The translations under genes were made by a program, and so were the position numbers. Source: a virus (taxonomy: Duplodnaviria > Caudoviricetes). Taken from it: DNA of 64,000 bases. The notes below the pieces were generated by a model. The model saw only the letters and a program-made list of their open reading frames with translations, was not told where the DNA came from and made no database searches. Below, piece after piece: positions 40,534 through 50,199 of the stretch. The stretch is from the IMG/VR virus record IMGVR_UViG_3300011008_000028; one strand, given 5' to 3'. Each line of letters starts with the position of its first letter. Positions within the stretch are counted from its first letter, which is position 1.

Positions 40534-40872
40534 TTATATATCTCCCTCGGCTCTGTGCAGCGATCTTTCAGCTTCGAAGCCCTGAGGAAATCTTGCCTTC
40601 AGCTTGTCAATGTTCATTTGCATGATATCATCCATTGTGCAACCAATGTAGTCACATGCTTCCGCAATGAACCAGAGTACATCACCGAGCTCTATCTTCA
40701 GATGATCCGTATCAAGATCATGGCCCTGATAGATCTTCTGAACCAACCCGGTGCATTCACCTGCTTCTGATGCGAGACCGCATACAGCATGGATGAGTTC
40801 ATCACGTGTACGTACTTTGTCTTTAAATACAGAAGTCACCATTGCCAACTTCTGATATTCAGTTCCTGTCAT
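40534..40872 (-). CDS. MazG-like NTP pyrophosphohydrolase
   Basis: GLASEAGE, ELGDVLWF, NIDKLKARFP. Confidence 0.9.
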   Translation of the reverse strand: MTGTEYQKLAMVTSVFKDKVRTRDELIHAVCGLASEAGECTGLVQKIYQGHDLDTDHLKIELGDVLWFIAEACDYIGCTMDDIMQMNIDKLKARFPQGFEAERSLHRAEGDI

Positions 40873-41062
40873 ATCTGTATTCCTCCTGATAAATAAGATT
40901 TAGTATCTCAATTGTTTTGAGCCTACTAGTAAGATATATCATTTCAATTTGAAATGGAGTTACAATATTGGAAAATCAAAAATTTGAATTCAATTTTCAC
41001 ATACAATGTCAAAAAAATGAATAAAAGAAAGCGGGGTTTATTACCCGCTTTCTGGTGATTAA

Positions 41063-41260
41063 TTATTCAACTTCATTCTCGCTTTCGTAAATCGTGATAT
41101 ATCTGATTGCTGTTTTGAATATCAGTCGTTCACAATTATCGACACATTGTACCACGTAGTACAACGGTGATTCGTCAACAACATTGCCGTCGATAGTATC
41201 GAATCCCGTACCCCTTAGCATCTTGATATGGACATATTTACCCTGTAATCTGTCATCCAT
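41063..41260 (-). CDS. Possible Sm/Hfq-fold small protein
   Basis: 65 aa; LIFKTAIRYI resembles the Hfq Sm2 motif LIYKHAISTI. Confidence 0.45.
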   Translation of the reverse strand: MDDRLQGKYVHIKMLRGTGFDTIDGNVVDESPLYYVVQCVDNCERLIFKTAIRYITIYESENEVE

Positions 41261-41789
41261 TTGAGTTCATCCTTTCTTTGCGGAGATGTTCACTCCAATG
41301 TATTCCTTCCTGCGGGAAGATCTCATACTCAGTATAGTCATGATAGTTCCCACTGGAGTCCCGTGTTACTTCATGAAATTCATGAGTATAGAAACGATTG
41401 AAACGTTTGGCGAAACGATCGTAGTGTCTTTTCACCGGGTTATCGTTCATTACGCCGAACGTCATCCGGCGGATATGAACTTCGTTGATCAACTTATCCA
41501 GTATCTGTCTAACGGCGGTTGGAAATGCTGGGTCATTTTTGAATGACATCAGACCCCATCTCCACGCCGTAGAATCATACAGATCAAGTCTGTATTCAAT
41601 GTATCCTACCAGTTCTTCATGATCATTCACCACTGCATACTGAAATATCCGGTCATTGTCCAGAGGCTGGATATACAGCTGGAAATGTTCGATCGAGCCG
41701 CATAAGTACATTGACATCTTTTCATCATATGCCATCAATGCGAACTTTTTCTCGAGTTCTGCCTTATACACTATTGCTGGAACTAGCAT
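41253..41789 (-). CDS. GNAT-family acetyltransferase-like protein
   Basis: YAVV..ELVGYI, RRMTFGVMNDNP..RHYDRF pattern. Confidence 0.6.
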   Translation of the reverse strand: MLVPAIVYKAELEKKFALMAYDEKMSMYLCGSIEHFQLYIQPLDNDRIFQYAVVNDHEELVGYIEYRLDLYDSTAWRWGLMSFKNDPAFPTAVRQILDKLINEVHIRRMTFGVMNDNPVKRHYDRFAKRFNRFYTHEFHEVTRDSSGNYHDYTEYEIFPQEGIHWSEHLRKERMNSNG

Positions 41790-42339
41790 TGTTCTTCATC
41801 CTTTCCATGAATTCTTCCATAAACATCTTCTCCATTTTTTCGCGATGTTTATCTCGGTCAAACGGTGTGTTAAGCAGAATCTGGACCAGCTCCCGTATAG
41901 GCTCCGGACGTATCTCAGGCAGATCACCGAGTATGTTTTCGATTCTACGTCTAGTCGGAATCACCCCGAGCATTCGATGACGCGACATATATGATGAAAG
42001 GTCAGTTTTCATTTTCGGCGCCCAGAATGCCGTCGATTCGCCCTCTTCTACGAATGAATATATTAATTCGTGTTTGGTATAAGTAGGATAGTTGATGAGG
42101 CATGTTAGTATAAGTTTATCGCCTTTCTTAACATCCATAGCGATAACGTCTTTGACGGTATCATAGTACGGGTATACAACCCACTCGTCATTGAGTTTCG
42201 CACAGGATATGCCATCCTCAAGGTCTGTTTCAATGTCGAGTTTGGCAGCATTATCCTTCACGTAATCGATAAAGTCTTGAATTGTTTTCATGCCGATTTC
42301 TCCTTTCACGCTTTCTTCCCGGGGTGTTTTGCTTCCCAC
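41764..42339 (-). CDS. Hypothetical protein (start probably about 42291)
   Basis: ORF; AAGGAG precedes the internal Met. Confidence 0.55.
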   Translation of the reverse strand: MGSKTPREESVKGEIGMKTIQDFIDYVKDNAAKLDIETDLEDGISCAKLNDEWVVYPYYDTVKDVIAMDVKKGDKLILTCLINYPTYTKHELIYSFVEEGESTAFWAPKMKTDLSSYMSRHRMLGVIPTRRRIENILGDLPEIRPEPIRELVQILLNTPFDRDKHREKMEKMFMEEFMERMKNNASSSNSV

Positions 42340-42644
42340 TTCAGTGCTCGTTCATTCCTGTTCTCTTCCCGCTCATTGAGCATATGAATTGCCGATGGAA
42401 TAGTGACAACCAAACAGAAGAGTAGAATTACTGTCGGGATTGTTGACAGATCATCATATCGATCTTCAATGGTCCATGCGATCAGATGCAACTTCTGTTC
42501 CTTGATTGCTTTAACAATCCCTTCGACCAGAATGAACGGGAACAGAATCAGGGTCAACAGGAATGCCATTATATTGGCATACACTTCCTGTATCACATCC
42601 CATGTTTTCTTTAAGAACTTTTTCATGATATTATACCTCCTCAT
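42306..42644 (-). CDS. Two-TM membrane protein
   Basis: Two hydrophobic helices; promoter motif upstream. Confidence 0.6.
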   Translation of the reverse strand: MRRYNIMKKFLKKTWDVIQEVYANIMAFLLTLILFPFILVEGIVKAIKEQKLHLIAWTIEDRYDDLSTIPTVILLFCLVVTIPSAIHMLNEREENRNERALKWEAKHPGKKA

Positions 42645-42766
42645 GATGAATTTGAGTTCCCATCTTACATATTAAGAATATATAATTATTCACACGGGAT
42701 ATACGGATAAAAAATACACACAGGACCCCAATGGGGTCCTGTGTGTGAGCCGCTGCAGAAAATGAT

Positions 42767-43345
42767 TTACTTCTTAAGCCATGTGAATGCATAGCCGAGA
42801 GCGTTTATCGGTGTCGAGAGCAGGTCAACGAACTTGATTGTATTGGTCAGAGAGTTTACAGTTACAAGAGCAACCTTTACTTCGGGCTCAGGAACCACCG
42901 GTGCAACCTCTGCGGCGAAGATGAAGTCTGTACCCTTTGTGATCTGTGTGCCGAGAAGTGCGAAAGGCTTAACCGAAGAACCTACGAAACCGCTGAGAAC
43001 AGCATCGAATGCCTGCTGTGCTTCCTCAGGAATATCGGTTGTCGGGTTAAGCTGTATGCCGCCGAGAGCCTCGCCGCCTTCGATAACGCGTTCGATGTTA
43101 ACAAGATTGCATTCCATACCCTTCTCATTGAAGATGAGGATGACGATGTTCTTGACATCTCTGCCTGAGAGAACCGTCTGTTCAGCGAGAACAGCGTGAT
43201 TTGTGCCGTTTACAAGCTGCGATCCGAGATAAGCTATAGGTGTGTATTCTGCTCCAAGAAGCTTCTCACCAAGCTCACCGAGTGCTGTTGCCAGCTTCTG
43301 CGGCATGCCTGTAGTTGAAATGTTGATTGTCCATGATCCTATCAT
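42767..43345 (-). CDS. Tandem two-domain protein with cystatin-like QxVxG motif
   Basis: Internal duplication: PIAYLGSQLVNGTNH / PFALLGTQITKGTDF. Confidence 0.6.
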   Translation of the reverse strand: MIGSWTINISTTGMPQKLATALGELGEKLLGAEYTPIAYLGSQLVNGTNHAVLAEQTVLSGRDVKNIVILIFNEKGMECNLVNIERVIEGGEALGGIQLNPTTDIPEEAQQAFDAVLSGFVGSSVKPFALLGTQITKGTDFIFAAEVAPVVPEPEVKVALVTVNSLTNTIKFVDLLSTPINALGYAFTWLKK

Positions 43346-43401
43346 GATGTAATTCCTCCTTTTGGAATATTGATATCTGATTGTTATTGCGATTGAAATT
43401 T

Positions 43402-43777
43402 TTATATTTTATCCTTTCTCAAATGAAGATAGCAATCGTCATTGGCCATGAAACATTCTTGTCCCATAACGTCCCATATGTCAAACCACTTATCGTCAAC
43501 AATATTGCCGATCTTCTCAATTACCGAGTTTTCACCATCACTGGTGAACCGAACGTATTGTCCTTGGAGATCTTCCCATCTCATAACTCCAACAACGTCG
43601 AGTATTGAGCAAATACATCTTATTGCTTCTGGGTGAGGAGCTCTAATTTTACCGCCCAATATATACTCTCCGATCACGGCCTCATATTTATCACTCTGAA
43701 CCGTGATCCTGAACATCAGGTAGTCCGGAGGCGTAAGAAACAGAGATACATCTGTAATTTGTCCATTTAATACCATA
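43402..43777 (-). CDS. Hypothetical protein
   Basis: Start after GAGGAGG RBS (MVLNGQIT). Confidence 0.55.
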
Positions 43778-43792
43778 ATTAACCCTCCTCTC

Positions 43793-44056
43793 TTAGTATT
43801 GCGCCCATGTACTCGATGTGCGTTCCAACTTCCAGTATTCACCTTTCGTATACACAAGGTGGTATACGATATCATCATTGGTGAATGCGGCCTTATTACC
43901 GTACGTTTTGGTTGAGGTATAGTGAAGATCATCTTCCGGGATGAACACCAACTGTTTGGCAATATTTGTCATCTCAGTCAGCTTATATCCACCCTCAATC
44001 TGTATCAATGATAATTTCTTACCTTTCAACTTGTCTGTCAGACTTTCAGTCTTCAT
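43793..44056 (-). CDS. Hypothetical protein
   Basis: GGAGG RBS. Confidence 0.55.
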   Translation of the reverse strand: MKTESLTDKLKGKKLSLIQIEGGYKLTEMTNIAKQLVFIPEDDLHYTSTKTYGNKAAFTNDDIVYHLVYTKGEYWKLERTSSTWAQY

Positions 44057-44618
44057 AATATGATACCTCCTCGCAGTATATGATGTCCTTTACCTTCTCG
44101 GCGGTTTCAGGTGTTATCTTCTTATCCTCCAACAGAGTATCGATATCATAGAATGCTTCTTTGATGTTGTCCGGAAGGTCTTTGTATTCATCAACATTGT
44201 TGATTCGATTCTTGATATCGATCTTGTTTACGGTTGTCATCAGTGATTGGAATTCTTTGACAGCAACAGGGCGGCTGTCATTAGGGAACATAGTGCGGAT
44301 ACTATGGTTCCAATCGGCAAGACCATACTGCCCTGCCGACACCACATACATTACCTTCCGATAGAACTTCCCGTTCTCATACTCTGTATAGAGCTTCATT
44401 GAAATTGTCGGTGGATGAGTCGATACCTTCACCACATTTGGTTCGACATAGACATCGACTCGGGTTACACATCCCTCATATGGATCTCGTTCGATCTTCA
44501 TCAACCATCCATCCAGATGAACACATTCACACTCGAAACGTTCACTGTATGATGAGTTAACATCACACCATTTGAAGAACTCTCGAAACTTCAATTGTCT
44601 TCCGTCTCTGTAACTCAT
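44046..44618 (-). CDS. Hypothetical protein
   Basis: Coupled ORF. Confidence 0.6.
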   Translation of the reverse strand: MSYRDGRQLKFREFFKWCDVNSSYSERFECECVHLDGWLMKIERDPYEGCVTRVDVYVEPNVVKVSTHPPTISMKLYTEYENGKFYRKVMYVVSAGQYGLADWNHSIRTMFPNDSRPVAVKEFQSLMTTVNKIDIKNRINNVDEYKDLPDNIKEAFYDIDTLLEDKKITPETAEKVKDIIYCEEVSYYED

Positions 44619-45160
44619 TCATCATCACTTCCTTCTGAACGTTCAACGATATCAACGTCTTCGATTTTAATATCATCGAAGTTGAAGAGCGGAGTTACAT
44701 GGATTATTGCTTCTCCAGACTTAGGATCGTATCGCTTACTTTGAGTCTTGAATATCGTATTGATCACAACATCGAAAATGGGCCGGTAATGGAACAGGTT
44801 CTCTGGAACAACCAGGACCAGTTCTTTCAGCTGTTCATATACCATCAATGCCCGAAATGATCGATCCAACTTCTCCATGATGTAACTCGGCCTTTTGAAC
44901 ATAGGCCGAAGAAGTCTCTTGGCTTTGAACTTGAATAGTCTTTTCGCCGTATTCGGAATATCGAAGACGTATATCAGGTAGTCATCGTCATCATTTTTGG
45001 CCGTAACATACGTGCGGTTTGGTCCGCTATCGGGACATACGCCCATATCGAATTCATTAACGAATTCATCCGGTGGGGTTTGTGACATCTTTGGAAGGTC
45101 GAGAATGGCGAAATATACATTCGGAATCTTGTCATTCATTGGTATCAACCTGACTTTCAT
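44615..45160 (-). CDS. Hypothetical protein
   Basis: Coupled ORF. Confidence 0.6.
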   Translation of the reverse strand: MKVRLIPMNDKIPNVYFAILDLPKMSQTPPDEFVNEFDMGVCPDSGPNRTYVTAKNDDDDYLIYVFDIPNTAKRLFKFKAKRLLRPMFKRPSYIMEKLDRSFRALMVYEQLKELVLVVPENLFHYRPIFDVVINTIFKTQSKRYDPKSGEAIIHVTPLFNFDDIKIEDVDIVERSEGSDDE

Positions 45161-45857
45161 ATAGATATAAATGCGTCCCCGGATTGGGGGACTTGTGTTT
45201 GATGATGATTTCGCATATGCCGTCTTGAATCGTGATCTTCTTGATAGGATGAACGATCAGACAATTGTGGTTTGGGTAATTATCGAATGACACCACAGTG
45301 CATTCCTCGAAAGGGACGGTTTTCCAGTCGTTGTCCATGAACCGGAGATAGAAGCATTTGTTCTGCAGCTTCCTCTTGATCTGACCCATCTGCGTGAAAC
45401 TTTGACTCATGTAATTATCCCCGAAGGAATGCAGTGTCCACACTCGTTTCGAATACTGTGGATCAATAGGTGTATGATACAGGGAAACCAAATTGATGAG
45501 CATCTGTGAGTATACCTTGTCATACTCATCTGCGATTATATTATCAATATCAAATTCTGAGTTTGGACTGATGGGTATTCGATGAACATCTCCATGACCA
45601 ATCAATACAATATCTACTTCATCACAGAATTTACCCATCTCAATAAATATACAATCTCGTATATCACGTCGACAAATATCAATTCTTATTACTTTTGGAC
45701 GACCGAGGAGTAGTACGGATTCAGTCTCTGATGCAATGATAACATCATCTCCTATATAGATGGAGTTATTTTTGCATTTTCTAGCCTCGGTAGATATATA
45801 ATTAATAACATCAATAACCTTAACCATCCTTTTCCTCCGTAGATCTAAGCACAGCAT
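45132..45857 (-). CDS. Hypothetical protein
   Basis: ORF in the operon. Confidence 0.55.
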   Translation of the reverse strand: MLCLDLRRKRMVKVIDVINYISTEARKCKNNSIYIGDDVIIASETESVLLLGRPKVIRIDICRRDIRDCIFIEMGKFCDEVDIVLIGHGDVHRIPISPNSEFDIDNIIADEYDKVYSQMLINLVSLYHTPIDPQYSKRVWTLHSFGDNYMSQSFTQMGQIKRKLQNKCFYLRFMDNDWKTVPFEECTVVSFDNYPNHNCLIVHPIKKITIQDGICEIIIKHKSPNPGTHLYLYESQVDTNE

Positions 45858-46446
45858 TTAAGCTGTAACCAGTCCAGCATGTTACTAACTTCTCCCAGAA
45901 TGGCAACCATTTTTCATCTCCCATCTTATCAAGGAGATCTTTCATCATAAGCGGCGTCTCACCCTGATGTATATAAGTGCCGTTTGACATTAAAACGTTC
46001 ACAAGATACTTTTCTCCTGTATTAAGATTCATTTTACGATAATAGAATATAATGCTCATATCATGGGACTCGCATTTGAGCACTATATTATCCGGATCGG
46101 CTTCTAAGTTCGTTTTAACATGGAAACCGATACCACCATACATCCGATATAGATAATCATCTTCTTCTTTACCAAATCCGCCAAACAGAGCGTTCATGAC
46201 ATCCTTATTGAAAGATTTGTCTCCAAGGAATGATGTCAGTTCAGTAACAAAGTCAGAGATTGTTAGAGCATGGAGCATTTCGTAGTGAGCAGCACATTCG
46301 AAAATGAATTGAATATGCTCCTGTGTATCATTCTCATCTGCGGCTTTACGTTCTTTGACGAACTCCGGATCTTCGAGAAGTCTGATCGAGTCCTTAATGT
46401 AATTCAATGTCTTTTGTCTCATCTTTAAATCCTTTCTTAATAACAA
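45820..46446 (-). CDS. Hypothetical protein
   Basis: ORF in the operon. Confidence 0.55.
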   Translation of the reverse strand: MLLRKDLKMRQKTLNYIKDSIRLLEDPEFVKERKAADENDTQEHIQFIFECAAHYEMLHALTISDFVTELTSFLGDKSFNKDVMNALFGGFGKEEDDYLYRMYGGIGFHVKTNLEADPDNIVLKCESHDMSIIFYYRKMNLNTGEKYLVNVLMSNGTYIHQGETPLMMKDLLDKMGDEKWLPFWEKLVTCWTGYSLNAVLRSTEEKDG

Positions 46447-46643
46447 CGATTATCATTCCCTGCCAGATGGGCAGGGAATGATATCATAATACGTAGCCGA
46501 ATACTTCAAGCATAATTTCGGTGACATCAGATGATGTCATTGGAACGAGACCATAGTCTTCCAATCTTTTGTCGCCTATAACAGTGACCCCATTAACGCA
46601 CGGGAGCAAACGAAGTAGACTGTACGACATTTGTCATTCCCCC

Positions 46644-47063
46644 TTAACACAGTAACATCCACATTAGCCATGTTAGTATGATTTGTAGAATATGACATGA
46701 TTGGTCTGTTACCAGATTTATTACCATCCGGTTAGCTTTCCAGTTATCAATATCGGCATGTAGGATTGTATTCCCAACCAGGAATAACATATACAGCATG
46801 ACATGTTTGAAGTCCATGATATTCCATGAGTACACCATGATTGGAATCATGATCATGAATGACCATTCAAATGCATGTGCAATCAAAGCAACAGCCCAGT
46901 CGAACCTGTACAGCTTCTGGTGGTGTTCATTCATATGTTTGGTTTGCTGTTCCCACCATGACTTCTGTTTCATTTTGGCAAGGATATGTTGCAATACGAA
47001 ATCATCGATGATATGAGCGAAGATCATCATGGGAAGAATGAGAGCATAATTCAGTTGTATCAT
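46644..47063 (-). CDS. DUF3307-like membrane protein
   Basis: AHIIDDFVLQ, H, HADID, DQSCH motif set; true start MIQLNY. Confidence 0.75.
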   Translation of the reverse strand: MIQLNYALILPMMIFAHIIDDFVLQHILAKMKQKSWWEQQTKHMNEHHQKLYRFDWAVALIAHAFEWSFMIMIPIMVYSWNIMDFKHVMLYMLFLVGNTILHADIDNWKANRMVINLVTDQSCHILQIILTWLMWMLLC

Positions 47064-47064
47064 A

Positions 47065-47673
47065 TCAGTCCCTCTTCTTATTCTTCTCATTGTTCTTCTC
47101 ATTGGTGGTGGTTTCATATACAGTATCAACCTCAACTGCAAATTCAGAAGCAGCCGTCGTTGCAAGCTGATCCGCCTTTTCATTCCACTCATGGCCGGAA
47201 TGACCCATCACATGCGTTAACGCCAGATTTACTGTCTTCTGTTTCAGGGTGTTTTGGATCTGGGTGATCTGTTCCCACAGATCTTTGTTGGTAACGGGTC
47301 TGGGTTTCTTGCCGCCGAATCCAGATGTCATCCAGTTATTCTTCTCCCATTTCGCAACCCAGTTCTGTGTTATTCCCTTTACCAGATACTCGGAGTCAGA
47401 GAATACATTCAGCTGTGTAACATTCTTGAAGAGACCAGAATCATGTTCTTCGATGAACTTCTGAGCTCCTCTGATGAATGCCATCAGTTCCATTCGGTTG
47501 TTGGTGGAGAGACGGAATCCCTGAGATCCCTCCATGGTGTGTTCTTCGGGCATGGAATCGGGATTGGAATCATCCCGATAGCGGATTATCCAACCAAGTC
47601 CAGCCGAACCAGGGTTATGGAGAGATGATCCATCTGTATACATTTCAACAGGCATAGATATCATCTCAATCAC
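47065..47673 (-). CDS. rnhA: Ribonuclease HI
   Basis: YTDGS, TNNRMEL, SDSEY, NKDLW, HVMGHSG, NEKADQLA. Confidence 0.95.
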   Translation of the reverse strand: MIEMISMPVEMYTDGSSLHNPGSAGLGWIIRYRDDSNPDSMPEEHTMEGSQGFRLSTNNRMELMAFIRGAQKFIEEHDSGLFKNVTQLNVFSDSEYLVKGITQNWVAKWEKNNWMTSGFGGKKPRPVTNKDLWEQITQIQNTLKQKTVNLALTHVMGHSGHEWNEKADQLATTAASEFAVEVDTVYETTTNEKNNEKNKKRD

Positions 47674-47699
47674 TTCCTTTCTTTTTAATAGATATTGAT

Positions 47700-48149
47700 T
47701 TAGTTCTGCATCTCGATGGTAAAGAAATGCAGAAGCGATATGTTATCATGTTTGACAATATGGAATTGACACGTAAGAACATTCTCGAGAATCTCAAGAA
47801 TCCCGACATATGAATCATCATCTGCATATCGGACTTCAATCTGTTCATATTCTCCATCCTTGATGAACTCTTTGATTGTTCTGACGAGACGAATGTACAG
47901 CTCACCATAGTCAAGAAAGACATCATCAATCATGTGACCGTATTTGTGTGCATACTCTTTCTTGAGTTCACGATCAACATATGGAGCAGGGATCATCAAC
48001 ATGAACGAGTTTTTGACACCGGGTTCAAACTCCCGGATTTCGTACGTCTCCTTCCTCTTTTCCTGTTTGATCCGTTGTGCTTCCTCCTGATTCATCTGGA
48101 AGAATATTTCCTTCGGTCTTGTCCATCTTATTGTCAGTATTGGTACCAT
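47700..48149 (-). CDS. Hypothetical protein
   Basis: ORF with RBS. Confidence 0.55.
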   Translation of the reverse strand: MVPILTIRWTRPKEIFFQMNQEEAQRIKQEKRKETYEIREFEPGVKNSFMLMIPAPYVDRELKKEYAHKYGHMIDDVFLDYGELYIRLVRTIKEFIKDGEYEQIEVRYADDDSYVGILEILENVLTCQFHIVKHDNISLLHFFTIEMQN

Positions 48150-48672
48150 CTTTAAATTCCTTCCTTTTCACCGTGTACCGTATTGCATATACCCCATCTG
48201 CCCACCTTTGAGCAACAGGAGTTCCAGATGGGTTTGGCATCCAGAACTCATCTACTAGAACTCGGAAAAATATCCCGAACATTATATGTTGATCTGGCGG
48301 GACCATGACCGGCGGCGGAAACAAGAAATCCAGTTCGGTGATACCCAAGACTTCTTTGGCCGCATCGAATATTTTGTTTACAGTGCGAGTAAACTTGTCA
48401 TATACATCAAGGTCAAGAATAGCATATACACCATACTTTTTTCTTGCAATGTCCATATCCTCATCCCTACCAATAGCATGGTCCATGAATCGAATATTGA
48501 TCACATCGATTTGTGGGTCGTTGTAATCTACGGGCTCAATGATATAGTAGTCCAGCTTGCCTTTCTCCTCGAGTGCTCTTAATCGATCAATTTCCGGAAT
48601 AATCCATCGATATTCCTTGCATATATTTCCCATCAATAATGACAAGTTTGCCGCACCAATTTTAACAACCAC
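48025..48672 (-). CDS. Hypothetical protein
   Basis: GGAGG RBS. Confidence 0.55.
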   Translation of the reverse strand: MVVKIGAANLSLLMGNICKEYRWIIPEIDRLRALEEKGKLDYYIIEPVDYNDPQIDVINIRFMDHAIGRDEDMDIARKKYGVYAILDLDVYDKFTRTVNKIFDAAKEVLGITELDFLFPPPVMVPPDQHIMFGIFFRVLVDEFWMPNPSGTPVAQRWADGVYAIRYTVKRKEFKDGTNTDNKMDKTEGNILPDESGGSTTDQTGKEEGDVRNPGV

Positions 48673-48673
48673 A

Positions 48674-50116
48674 TTACTCTTCCTCCCCCATCTTATTTAA
48701 TTTATCCTCGGCCTTACCAATGAGCTTCTTGAACTTTGGATTCCGATTGAGTTTCGTTATACGTTGTAACAGACTTGACTCAATTTTACGGTTCTCCTTT
48801 TGTTTCTTCTTTATTGTGGCTCGTTTGTCGGCTTCGGATGTCATATTCATCTGTTGTCTAAGATGAGTAACATTCATACCCTGTTCTTCCATCATCTTGA
48901 ATACATCCTGGAATTCAAGATCCCCATATGTTAGAACACCCCCAGGGGCAGCAGTCTCCAACATCTTCTCCCTCATAATGAGATCATAGATAAAGAGGGC
49001 GTTCTTGTCGGTCCAAGAAGCATCAAAGTGAATATCATCAAACGGGTTCTTGATTCTCTTGGGTGGTTCAAACATAGAGTGAGTGAGTAGCGTGGATCTA
49101 TTCAGTTGAATATCAGAATCATGATTCTTCGGATTCGACTGAATCTTCATCAATATGTCATGGAGATTGTCACGGACATATTTCTTTCTCTTGGAGAGTT
49201 TCCGTTTCTTCTTGGAACGGAATCGGTGGTACTTGTTCCCTTCATAACCCTTCAGTTCAGATCGTTTGAACTCCTTGACGTAAATGTCTTCTGGATGCTC
49301 TTCATGATCAAGAATGTATTGGACTTCTTCAGGGGAGAGAAGCCTCTTCATTGCTTCTTCATCATCTTCCTCGGGTTCATCCCATCCATCATCCATATAC
49401 CATGCATTCTCTTCCTGTTTCTCCTGCGAGAGAAGATCCGAGGGATCCAGGTCTGGGTTGGATATATACTGTATCAGGAGATCTTTGTTATAACGATCCA
49501 TATGCCGCAGTTTCGGTATCGGGATACGGTTGTGATATATTCGGCCATCGGAGATCATCTTCCAGAACTCTTCATCGGAATGGAGATAGTTCTCTTTCTT
49601 CTCCAGCAATTCCCATGCCTCGACCACAATCCTCATTGCCAGGACATACTTGTCTACTTGGCCATAGGTAGTCTTAAGCCCAGACAGCTTGGTTGCAATC
49701 TCATTCAGGGAATCAAGCTTTGCCCTTTCTTCGTCCGAGATATGATAAATGTCCTGCTCGGAATAATCATGCACCAGGCAATATCGACATGACTCTCGGA
49801 TCTGTTCTAACTCGGCTTCCGTGTATTTGTGTTCACGAACCTCCGTATACCTTTTAAAGTGAAGATACTCTTCAAACTCATCAGGTCTTCTAGCAATTCC
49901 CGATGATGAGGGATTCTCTTCTTCCTGCATCTTTGCGATTTCCTTACTGGTGACGAATGTTTCCGCATCTTCATCATCTTCCTCAAAAGTACGGCGATGA
50001 TATTTTGCTCCGGTGTATTCGCCGGTATCAGGGTCAAATCCGGAACTTTCCATCATCTCTTGGTACTTTTCAAATATGGTCTTGCCCATAATAAGCCTCC
50101 TCTCATATAGCTTCAA
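48674..50116 (-). CDS. Hypothetical charged protein (start probably 50089)
   Basis: About 470 aa; GGAGG before MGKT; promoter motif at 50119-50130. Confidence 0.7.
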   Translation of the reverse strand: MKLYERRLIMGKTIFEKYQEMMESSGFDPDTGEYTGAKYHRRTFEEDDEDAETFVTSKEIAKMQEEENPSSSGIARRPDEFEEYLHFKRYTEVREHKYTEAELEQIRESCRYCLVHDYSEQDIYHISDEERAKLDSLNEIATKLSGLKTTYGQVDKYVLAMRIVVEAWELLEKKENYLHSDEEFWKMISDGRIYHNRIPIPKLRHMDRYNKDLLIQYISNPDLDPSDLLSQEKQEENAWYMDDGWDEPEEDDEEAMKRLLSPEEVQYILDHEEHPEDIYVKEFKRSELKGYEGNKYHRFRSKKKRKLSKRKKYVRDNLHDILMKIQSNPKNHDSDIQLNRSTLLTHSMFEPPKRIKNPFDDIHFDASWTDKNALFIYDLIMREKMLETAAPGGVLTYGDLEFQDVFKMMEEQGMNVTHLRQQMNMTSEADKRATIKKKQKENRKIESSLLQRITKLNRNPKFKKLIGKAEDKLNKMGEEE

Positions 50117-50118
50117 GT

Positions 50119-50131
50119 TAATAATATATAT
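50119..50131 (-). promoter_or_regulatory. Putative early promoter
   Basis: Minus-strand ATATATATTATTA. Confidence 0.6.
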
Positions 50132-50199
50132 CTAAGAAATGTGTATAAACTATCAAACGAAATAATCCATCAGGCTAATTGTACCCTATAAAAGTCGGC

